DNA of 64,000 bases from Psammoneis japonica (taxonomy: Eukaryota), in assembly GCA_008632985.1 (NCBI GenBank), contig QPGO01000067.1, forward strand, positions 320,142 to 384,141, given 5' to 3'. Below the pieces are notes generated by a model. That model had not been told where the DNA came from. It was given only the letters and a program-made list of their open reading frames with translations, and did no database searches. Below, one piece after another: positions 51,930-62,537 of this stretch. Made by a program: the position numbers and the translations under genes. The number at the start of each line of letters is the position of its first letter. Within the stretch, counting starts at the first letter, position 1.

Positions 51930-52130
51930 AGTTGGCAAAACTCACGAAAGTTGACAAGTTTGCCAAAGCAGACAAAGTCACCAAATTTGACAAAGTTGCA
52001 AACTTGCCAAAGCTGACACCAAAGTCAACAATTTTGCCAAAGTCACCGAAGTTGAGAATTTTGCCAAAGTTGACAAAGTCGCCAAAGTCAACAATTCTGA
52101 CAAACTTGCCAAAGTTGACAAACTCAAAAT
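51930..52130. repeat. Degenerate ~9-bp-period tandem repeat
   Basis: Units such as aaagttgac, aaagtcaac, aaagtcacc, aaagtcgcc, aattttgcc and aaacttgcc, repeated about 20 times. Confidence 0.8.
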
Positions 52131-55100
52131 GACAGATGTGTCAACTGCCCTCTCTGTTGCTCTCTGACTGCTGCTTTCTCTGCTGTCTGCTGATGCACTC
52201 TTGGTCCAGCTCTGGTGGTTGGCTGTGGTGCAAGCCATGAGCACCAGACCTCAAACTGGAGGAGCACCAGGTCTGAGGAACATGGAGTTGGAGCTCTGGT
52301 GGCTGAAGAGCTGCAAAGGGTGGTGGCATGGGCTGCAACCAAGAACTCACTCTCTCAACTCATGAATGTGCAGTGCAACATTGATGTTGGAACATTGGGG
52401 TGAGAGGTGGTTTTCACAGGACAGACAATGTTGCAGAGCAAGACATGCCAACAATTGCAGACAATGTTGTGGTGAATTTGCACTTGCAACTCAGGTTGAG
52501 TTGCGAGTCTTGTGCTCACTTTTTAGCATCTGAACCCAGCCAACACACAGCAGTGGTCAATGGCACAGGGGATGCATTTGCAAGCAATGCAGTGAGTTCA
52601 GGGTTGGTGAGACTAAACAGGTGCCAGCTGGCAAGCTGTGAAACTCCAGTGCAGAAGCTGAAAAGTCACAGCATGACACTCAAAGGAGTGACATTGTTCT
52701 GAGGCAAAGATTGTTGGGTTGCTTCCTTTGACAAAGATTTGTGTGACAACACTGATCCAGTGTAGACTGCAGTCTGTCTCACAAATTATGGTGGACAGGA
52801 GAGGAAGTTCCCAGAGATTGTAAAAACAACACACACCAATGCACACATGTTGTGTGATGTTGGCATGTCCTTTGCTGGCAACAAGGGTGGCCAGACTTTG
52901 CAGAAAAAGCCATCTTCCAACAAGTGGTTGTGCCTTTGGGAGATGCCATGAACCCCAAACAGTGTCATGGGACATGAGCAATTGGTGGCATCTGGAGTGG
53001 CCATGTTCTTGCACTCATGTTGACTCCACAAGTGTGCAACAAACTGGGGGCACAAACACTGTGGGTTGTGGTGGTGCCAGTGGTTGGATTGGAGGAGCAA
53101 GCGCACAAGAAAGAAGCTTGCAAGAACATTGGGAATGCTGGTGGCAAACACATGTCATCAAAATGGGCTGGAAATCCTTTGTCATGTGATGGTTTTCATC
53201 TTCACAGTGTGTCATTGATTGTCAGCTACCTTCATCATCACAATTCACAGACATGAGAAAGGGCAGTTCTTCTTTGTTGAGAGAGTTCATGGCTCAGGAA
53301 ATGACACGCACAACTCAGCACACATCATTTTTTGGGGTGAGTGCATTGTTGCTGGTGCTGTCATCATGCATCACATCCATCACTGTGTGCTGGAACAAGT
53401 CATCATTTGGCGTGACAAGGACATCATGCTGCAGTGGTTGTTGTGGTCAGTTTGCAGTTGTGCGCCAATGTCTTTGTTGCAAAAATGATGGCAAAGAGTG
53501 AAAAATGACAACCTGGAAGGAAAGAAATTGATTGAAGCAAGGAGGAGGGTGTTGGTGAAAACATCTCACAAATTTTTGCAGTTTTTGTTTTGAAAGTTCA
53601 AGTCCATTCTTGACAGAATCTTTCATTGCACTTCTGACCTCTCACCCATGAGAGAACTGCATCTACAACATGTTCTCTCTCTTGAACAAATGAACAAACA
53701 AAATCTCTCTCTCTCTCTCTCTCAACAAGACAATCCATTGACAAATTTTTGCACCTGTGATTGCACTCTCCACAGGTGGCAAAATTTCTGCAAAATTGAC
53801 CATGGTGATCACTTTGGATGTGACTTTGAATGATGTTCTGATGCTGCTGGTTCACTTTCAGTCACAAATCTGGCATTGCCAAAGTTGTCATTTGAGGTTG
53901 GCAGTTGATTTTTCCAACAGTCATGAATTTGCAATGTTTTGCTTTGTGCCCTGGCATCTTGTTCAGAGCTGAGTTAGCTCATTTGTTTGTTGGAAGAACT
54001 TTGGCTTGATTGCCTGTTGCCTGTTTTCTTTTTGTGTTTCTGTTGCATTTGTCTCTTTGTTGCATTGGGCACCACACAACCCAGCCACCAACCCATTGTT
54101 TGCATGGCAACAGCGCACCACTGTTGCAACTCCCTTTGTCCTTGTTGCTTGACTGACAACAAACAACAATGAAAAGACTCTCCTTTCAAAATGAACTTCT
54201 CATTGAAAACCAACCCACTTTTGATGGACAGCACAGCTGCAAACTTCAATCCTTTCCCTTTTTCCATTGTCAATTTGTCATGCTTTGTCAGTTGATCATT
54301 TGTGCTTCTTGTTGCTGCAAATGCTCATCAACTGGTTTGACCTCATTGTCATGTCACAATTTGACAAATTCCAACATCAACCTAGATCACACCAGAATGG
54401 TTCAATCTGCACTTCATTCAATGCCACTTTCTTGAAGCTGTTGATTGGCAACAAATGTGCTGCAAGCACTTTTTGGGGTGCCAAGTCATCTGGGCCAACA
54501 TGGCTGCGATTTGATTTTGTGTTTTTGTTTTGGTCCATGCTGGCAAATTGCACTCTGTTGTGGCTGTGGGGCAGTGGATTTCTGCCAGTGAACCACCAAA
54601 TCATGTCAACTGTCTGTGCAGCTCTTCTTTGTTGCTCAGTGGATGTGCCAGCTTTGTCTCTTGCAGAAGATTGTAGAGGGTGGTTCAGAAGGTGCAATGC
54701 TTGCTCAAGTGCTGGCACCAATTTCTTGCTTGTCAGAGAGAAGGACCAGCACACTCCATGCACCTGACTCAAGGGACCCAGACTTCATGAGTGGCAGGTA
54801 CAACCAAGGCTTTGGTTGCAGAAACCTCATTTGACATTGAGACTTTGCACAAGGCCAGGCATGGATGATTGACACCACATTGCAACAACTGTGTTGTCAA
54901 TGAGATTGGCCACAAAGACTTGCTCTTGACAATGCAAAGCAAAAGCATGTGGTGTGCAATCAACAAAGCCCAATGTCACATTTCTGACTCACATGCCACC
55001 AACCAATCCTCCCACAAGATCCATTCTTGCTGCTTGAACTTTGGATCAGGGCAAATGGAAGCGGGCACTTGCCTGGTTGTTGCAGCTCTTCTTTGTTGCT

Positions 55101-55284
55101 TCCATCCAACAAAGAGAAACTTGTTTCAAAAATGCCACTGCAAATTTATCCACCATCCTCCTCAAGCCATTTTGCCGCTGCACACAAAGCAACTCAATGT
55201 TTCTGGCATTTGTCCCAGTGCATTGCTCATTGAAGTTTTGCTTGCCCGCTGCTGCTCAGCAATCAAACCTTTGAACAAGCAACC

Positions 55285-55760
55285 CTGGAGTTTGGAAATT
55301 CACATCTGCTGTTGCTGGGAACAAGGTGACAGTTGTCGCTCAGGTTGGCTGGCACAGTCATGAGGTCATTTCACTCTGGAGCTTGGAAATTCAAGTCTGC
55401 TGCTGTTGCGCACAACATGCCATGGGGCCACAACATTTTAAGACCAATCTTGCAATGCCCAACAACAGCTCTTGAAGCATCACTTGGGGTCTGCCAAAGA
55501 CCACCACAGTCCTCAGCTTGCTGTCATCAGGTTGGTTGGCACTGTCACAGGGTCTTTGGATTCTTGGGAGTTTGAAAACTCAAGTCTGCTGCTTTTGGGG
55601 ACAAGGTGACATGGGGCCAGCCACAGTGCCACATGATCAACCTCACAATGCTCAAGCACAGCTCTTGAAGTCACACCTGTCCCACCACCAACACCACCAG
55701 TGCCCCCTCAGATTGCAGCTGCCAGGTCAGATGGTGGTGTCATCATGGGGTCCATCTGGA
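55285..55760. repeat. ~190-bp repeat family, cluster 1 (2-3 degenerate copies)
   Basis: Core ctctggag(c/t)ttggaaa(t/c)tcaagtctgctgct..catggggcca..ttgcaatg..cctcagcttgc..caggttgg, shared with 60960-62110. Confidence 0.8.
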
Positions 55761-57394
55761 ACACCAATGATCTTTTCGAATTGCAGCCAGGCAAATTCTT
55801 TGTTTGATCCAAGACTGTGCTGATTTGTCCAATCTGCATTTGTGAAATGTTCAATGACAAACATCCACATTCCTGAAGTCAACATTTTATTTGCCGCATG
55901 GACAAAACTGCAATGTGGTTTGAGCTCATGTCAATCCCTGAGTGAAGTGTTGCCCACTTTCTTGGATCAAAATCTCTGCAGTCATGCATCAAGTTTGACT
56001 CTTCTTTGTTCCAATTTTTTTTCTCGCTGTCATTGCCATTGTTTGTTTTTGGGCAATGCCTCTCACCTTGTTCTTCTTCATTTCTTTTGCAGCACAGCAT
56101 CTTTTGGTCCTGCTCTTTGCCAAGTGATTGCTGCACCATGTCATTGATGTTTGCTTTCCTCATTGCATTGGCCTTGTCATTTCTCCAACATGCTTTGCCA
56201 GGGATGCAGTCTGATGGTCTTGTTTGTCCTTGGTTCAAACATTCTGGGTTTGGTTCTGTGTGTGGTCTCAGCCAGCATGTTGCTGGCAACTGCCTTCATT
56301 CCATGGGTCCAACCAAGTCTTTTAGTTGTCTGCATTGCAGACAACATGGTCTTGACTCCAAAAAGCAGGTGTGCAGCTTCTGCTGTTCTCCCTTTGCCAG
56401 GAACACAGTTGCACTCAAGAGCTGAAACATCCTCCCTGTCCCTGTCTGGTTGGACATTGGTTTCTTTGCTTCCTTGGGATGTCCAATGCTGACACAGACC
56501 CAACAACATTGCCCTGCATCTTCAGAAGCATGCTCCCCGTCACAAGAAGGAGGAAGCTTCCCTTTGATGCTCTGCTGGCATTTCAAACACTGCACCACTT
56601 CATTCTTCTCTCCAGACAATGACACATTTGGCGACAATGACAACAACTCAATGTTTGGTTTTGCCAATGACAACCCCCAGCCCCCTTCCTGAAGAGTCCA
56701 TTTGGACCCAGATCCACCTCCTCCCATGCACTTCAACAATGCTTCTCCTGTCAGCTCCCCCTCCACTGGAAATGGTCTGCAACCCCCTCTGTCAGATGCT
56801 CTGGTTGATTGCACACTGCTGCCAATCTAGCCACTGCCAATGCAGCCGCTGCAAATGCCCACCAATTTGTCTTCTTTGCCAATGATGGTGTGTCTGCCCT
56901 TGGAGAGGAAAGCCCTTTGGATGTTCCTGAGCATCATTGCAGTTGATTCTGTCAATGGCACTTTGGGTCCTCCTTTGATGCCACATCCTGCAGAAGACAC
57001 AACTTCTCCTTCTGCAAGCATTGGCTTGGCAATGCTTCCTTCCTTGTTTGATCATGAGAATCCACTGGGACCGGTGTGCAGGCATGCCCCTGATGAGGAC
57101 TTTGACATCCCTTTGGTTTGTTCTTCACCCAGCATGGCACCCATGGTTTGGCTGTTCCATCTCTGTTGTTGGTCAGGTGCTGCAATTAACTTCATCAACA
57201 AAGTCATGAGAATGGTCCATGAAGAGTGAGCATGCCAAAAAAAGATTGGATTTGACAAAGCCTCCAACTGCTGTGGCAATGAAGCAACTTCTGGAGCTGT
57301 TCCCCAATGTCCCTCTCCCCCACACTGCTGTGCAAGTGAACCCACAACAGAAGAAAAAGACAAGACCAAAGGCATTGAACAACTTGCACAAAAA

Positions 57395-57830
57395 GTGTTG
57401 GATCTCCTGCCTGACTTTCCCCTGAAAGATGCTGCTGCAAAGAGGATTGCTCTGCAGACAGCAGTCCATGCACCAGCAACATGTTCCAGATCTGCATGTT
57501 CCAGATCTAACTTCTGGTCAAAGGGGGAAATGCACCTCAATTTTCTAGAGACAGATTTGAGTCATGGATGCAAATCATTTGCAATCTTTGTTGTGTTCCT
57601 TGATGACACAACTCAGGACAATGGCACCATTGAAATTTGGCCAGACAGCTGCAATGCCCCATGTCAAGCAAGAAGGAGTGTGAAAGACAGCAGGCAAGGT
57701 TGGGTTTGAAAAAAAGCTTTTGGCAGGTGCAGCAGGTTCTGCCTTTGTTTTTGAAGCCAGGATGTTGCACTGTTTGTTGCTGAACAAAACAGAGTTGGGT
57801 TGGAAGAACATGGTGTGTCTGACTCACAAT
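57395..57830 (+). pseudogene. Decayed PhyH-like 2OG-Fe(II) dioxygenase
   Basis: GEMHLN (HLD if CpG decay is reversed), FVVFLDDTTQDNGTIEIWPDS, then after a stop and frameshift GSAFVFEARMLH. Confidence 0.55.
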
Positions 57831-59449
57831 TTTGAATCAGCCAAGGTGCAGCAGTGCATTGTTGTAAAAATCAAGGATTGATGAAGGCACTCACACTTGG
57901 CAATTGTGTCAAACAATGTTTCAACCAATGGTGACATTGTGTCACTGCAGATGACAAATGATGATTGGCGTCTGCCGCAGATTTGTGCAAAGAGAGTCAT
58001 CAATGGATCAACACAGATTGGCAGTGGCGAGCTTTGCCAGCAAAGGATGAGGAACACCACACCACTCTAACAAGATTTTGGGGGTGAGAATTTGCATTTG
58101 ATGTGCTTTGCACAGTCAATCATCATGAAATGCCTTGGTGCCATGATGCCAGCTCTTTTTTGTGTGCTTGTGCAGGAGATGCACATTGAAGCTGCCACCC
58201 CATGACAGATCCATGGGACAGGCACAGGAACAAAACAGGATTCATGGCTCCACTCATGGGCACAGCCACAAAACATCCCATCAAGTGCAATCACAATGGC
58301 TCCCTCTGGACATTTGTTTGTTGTTGGCACCTCCTCAAGGCAACTTTGTGTTGTGTTTTCATCAAACAGGAACCATCCATTGCAGTTGTTGAAAAAATCT
58401 TGGTGTCAAAACCACAGTGCAAACCATGAACTGAGTCATCTTCATCAAGAAAGGAGCTGTTGATCAAAGTGGGGCACCTTTCTGGTTCATTGGGCCAAAT
58501 GCCAGCACACCACTTGCTGCCCAACTGGTGGCAAGGATGACGCAGCTCTCAATGCTGCAGGCCCAACAGTTGGGAAAAAGCAGATGACAAGAAGCAATTG
58601 CCAAACCAGCATGACCACCACCAGCATCAATGAAACTGAAAGTGCTGTTGAGCCCACCACCAAACAGGGATGGGTGGCCCAAAACCTTGGCACCTGAGTT
58701 AAAATTGACCATCCCTCCATGTGACTCTGCATTGCCACCAGCAACATGACCAAATTGATGCTCAATCTCCAGCATGTGATGGCAGAGCACAGGGAATGTG
58801 CTTTCTGGCAGTTGTGGTGGTTTGACACAACCACATCCATTTGGATCAACAACCGTTCTTTTTGGGTGATGGTGGCAGCAGTTGGAGACAGAAGCATTTT
58901 GTTTGTTGGGACAAATGAGATTGTGGTGCATTGGTGGTGCGAGGGCATTGGAGTGTGGAGGGAACAATCAACCAGGTTGCTGAAAAAAATTGTGGGAAGA
59001 GTTGCAGATTTTAAACAAATGAAAAATGCAGACTGGCACATGCAAAAATGGCTCACATTGAAGCACAATTCAAAACAGTGGAAGGTTTTGAAAATTTTAA
59101 ATGTCAGGTTGGAAACAAGCTCAGAAATCTGATGCAGAGCCCTGCTCAAATGAACCTGGGAGAAGCAAGCAACAGCAGAATGAGAGAAGATCACCAGCAA
59201 AGTGCACTCATTTTGTGACTTCTTGTGTCACAAACCAGACAGAACACAGCAAACAGTGCAACACAAGAGCTGCCTGTTGGAAAGGGAGAGATGATGGAGG
59301 AGATGGTTGTCACAGGAGCAACAATGCAAGATGGTGGGAGTGCAACATCAAGTGGCAAGCCAGGTTGGAGAGAGCAGGACAAAGACCAACAGTTGTGTCA
59401 ACAAGTTGTGGTTGGCCATTTTGGCACATGCTGCATCACAGTTGCCATG

Positions 59450-60420
59450 AGTCCTGTGGTGGTGGGATTGTTCAACACACAAACAAATGAGCATGGGGAG
59501 CTCAACCGACTCCAGTTGGTGAGCAGAGACTCCATTTCTGTTGTGACTCCCATGGAGGAATGTCATGTGATGGATCAAGCTCCAGCAGTTGGCAGGAAAT
59601 TGATGGGGTCTATGTTGATGAGGGTGGTTAATGAAAGTGTGTGGCTGCATTGCAAGTTCATGACAATCTTCAACAGAGAACTTGCTGCAGGAGGAGAGTG
59701 CACAAAAATGGCTCTGCAGGAGTTGAGGAGCATGGCATCTGCGCTGGAGGCATTCTGTGGTGCACAGAAAGAGGCATTCAGGAAAACCTCAACCACAAAA
59801 GGAACAACATGCAGGACAACACAAGGAGGAAGATGACAGGCAAGCCAAACAGTGCAGGTGTTTGACACTCATGAACAAGATTGTTCAACGGGTCAGGTGT
59901 TGACTCCTTTGTTTTTGTCAAGGCAGCTGCTGCTTTGGAGGGGTCACTGGTTCAGTGCAAAGAGTTCATTGAGGGCAGGGCTGACAAAGACAAGTGCATG
60001 TGGTTCTTGGAAATGGCAGCACCAACTGTGGTGGGCCAAGCACAGTTTGGCAGAAGCATGATGGATTTGCTCCAAGAGTGGCTCACCAAATCATTGGAGG
60101 CCGTTTGCTCTGCTGGCACACAAACTGCTGTGACAAGGCAGTTGACATGACAGAGAAGTTGGAGAATGACACCAACATTGCATGGCAAAGAAAGTGGACA
60201 GCAGAAGATGCTAAACCTGCAAAGTGCACAGCACAGGAAAAAGGGGAATCAGCTGAGAGCAGCCAAGGATGGAGCATGGATGGGATCAAGAAGTGCAACA
60301 AACTGTGTGAGTGGGTGATGAAAGACCAAGAGGAGAATGAAGGACTTGGTGCATGCCAGCTCAAGGAACAGAGGCAAGAGAAGGCAAACTCTTTCAAGGA
60401 GGCAGAGAAGAAATGAAAAA
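59450..60420 (+). pseudogene. Decayed ORF of unknown, probably transposon-associated, protein
   Basis: Consecutive protein-like fragments ending AKCT..GWSMDGIKKCNKLC (AKYT..GWSTDGIKKYNEL if the mutations are reversed) and a Glu/Arg-rich tail. Confidence 0.35.
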
Positions 60421-60959
60421 GAGAGGAGAACAGGGAGGAGAGAGAGAGGACAGATGGGCTGCACTGGTGATGGGAGAGGACCTGCCCTTGCAGCCAGTGG
60501 CTGGTGCCAGCAATGGTGCGGAAGCAATTGCAGCCATGGCAACAACACAAACTGGTGCATGAGTGCAAATTGCAGCAAACAATGAAATCCAGCAGAACAT
60601 GGAAAAAACAATGAGGCAAACTGCAAGGCAATTGTCAGTCAAGAACAAATGGCAGTTGCAACATTTGCTTTTAACACAATGATGCAAAGAGACAAAATGC
60701 AGAAAGACATTGCAGGTGAAGATGGTGGATTGAAAGTGACAAGAGATGTGATGAAGAAACTGGGAGCAGCAAATGACAAAAAGGGTTGAGATTGAAGTTG
60801 TGGGCAAGAACATTTGCACTTCAAAGTGGGGTGCAATTTAAAATCGAAAAGAAGCTCACAAACTCAATTGGTTCTCAACTGATGTTTGAAGAAAGACTTG
60901 GCTTGCAAGTTCACAACAATCTGAAATTGGAGTCAAGAAACACCCAGATTGTGACAGGT

Positions 60960-62110
60960 GGTCAGACACAGATTGTTGGCATCCCAGATGTCCTTTCACT
61001 CTGGAGCTTGGAAGTTCAAGTCTGCTGCTGTTGGAGACAAATTGACACGGGGCTGCAACACCATGACATCAACCTTGAAATGTCCAACCACAGTTCTCAA
61101 AGTGTTGCCTGGGGTCCACCAGAGATCCCCAATGGCTGGTGCTGTCATGGTTTTTTTTCACACTCTGGAGTTTGGAAGTTCGAGTCTGCCATTGACAGGC
61201 ACACATGACATGGGGCCACAACACCTTCAAGATCAACCTTGCAATGTCCAGCCACAGTTCCCACAGTGTCACCTTGGGTCCACCAGAAATCACCAGTGCC
61301 CTCAGCTTGCAGCTGTCAGGTTGGCTGGTGCTGTCATGGGGTCCTTTCACTCTGGAGTTTGGAAACTCAAGCATGCTGTTGTTGCGCACATTGTGGCATG
61401 GGGCCACAACACTCCAAGATCAACCTTGCAATGTCCAACTGCAGTTCTTAAAGTCACACCTGGGATCTGTCAGAGATCACCAACACCCTCAGCTTGCTGT
61501 TGTTGTCAGGTTGATTGGTGCTGTCATGGGGTTCTTTTACTCTGGAGTTTGGAAAAGTTCGTGCTGCTCCTGTTGGGGACAACATGACATGGGGCCACAA
61601 CACTTCACGACCAATCTTGCAATGTCCAGCCACAGTTCTTGAGGACACACCCAGGGGGGCACCACCAGATTGGTTGGCACTGTCATGGGGCCCTTTCACT
61701 CTGGAGTTTGGCAGCTCAAGTGTCTGCTCCTGTTGGGGACAATGTGACATGATTGAGCAACAACGCCGCAACACCAACCTTGAAATGTCTGGCCACAGTT
61801 CTTTGAGCAAGTGTTGCCTGGGGTCTGCTGCCAGAGATCACAAATGCCAACAAGAGCTTGCTGTTGTCAGGTTGGTTGGCACTGCAATGAGGTCTTTTCA
61901 TTCTGCTGGAGTCTGCCTTGGAAGTTTTCAAATCTGCCCCTGTTGGGGACAAGGTTGCATGGGTCCACAGCACACTGCAACATCAACTTTTCAATGTCCA
62001 ACCACAGTTCTTAAAGCACTGCCCTCAGCCTGCTGCAACTTGTTGGGTGGGTTGGTGCCATCATGGAGCCACTTTGCTCTGAGGCTGGGAAGCTCAAGTC
62101 TGCTTTGCTG
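60960..62110. repeat. ~160-200-bp tandem repeat, cluster 2 (about 7 degenerate copies)
   Basis: A ctctggag(c/t)ttgg core recurs near 60999, 61163, 61350, 61540 and 61699, with more diverged copies near 61905 and 62078. Confidence 0.85.
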
Positions 62111-62405
62111 TCTGTGCCAGCCCACTGGAAACAAGAGTGCACTGACATGGGCAGCCATTTGTCAGGGAAAGCTGGTGTTGGCAGGAGGTGCTGCAGTTGC
62201 AGCACCCCCATGTCTCTCGGGCCTGCTGCTCTGGCTCTTTGCTGGCACATGTCCAGCACAATGGGTTGTTGTTGCAAGTGTGTGGGTTGGATTGACAGAA
62301 AATGAAGATGACTGGGTGGAAGAAAACAATGACTCCTTGCTGCTGTCTAAACAGCAGATGAGTCTCCATGCAGAGACCGTCACAGGAGCCGAAAGACTGG
62401 TGTCG

Positions 62406-62537
62406 TGACATCGGTGCTGCTGTTGTCATTCTTGTGAGCCGTGTGGCTTGAAAGCAAACCACATCGCGCGACGCGTGCGGAACTAAGAGCACACACAATT
62501 GTGTGTGACAAACTAAAATCTTGTTCAAATCCTGTCA
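62406..62537 (-). repeat. Probable 3' LTR of the Copia element
   Basis: Follows a polypurine tract GGGGAG on the minus strand (62538-62543). Termini TGACA..TGTCA form an inverted repeat. CpG-rich sequence stops close to this end. Confidence 0.6.

Noticed and set aside
53704..53722. (CT)n microsatellite
   Set aside because: Ordinary short simple repeat.
58067..58970. Possible SET-domain-like relic on the minus strand
   Set aside because: Only a vague resemblance (ALDG..GVAASMCIS). Too degraded to support.
60960..62110. CRISPR-like array
   Set aside because: Units are similar along their whole length with no unique spacers, there are no cas genes, and the context is eukaryotic.
51322..62400. 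Dozens of overlapping 60-300-aa ORFs rich in Cys/His/Met
   Set aside because: Expected from loss of TAA/TAG in all frames. No coherent intact gene.
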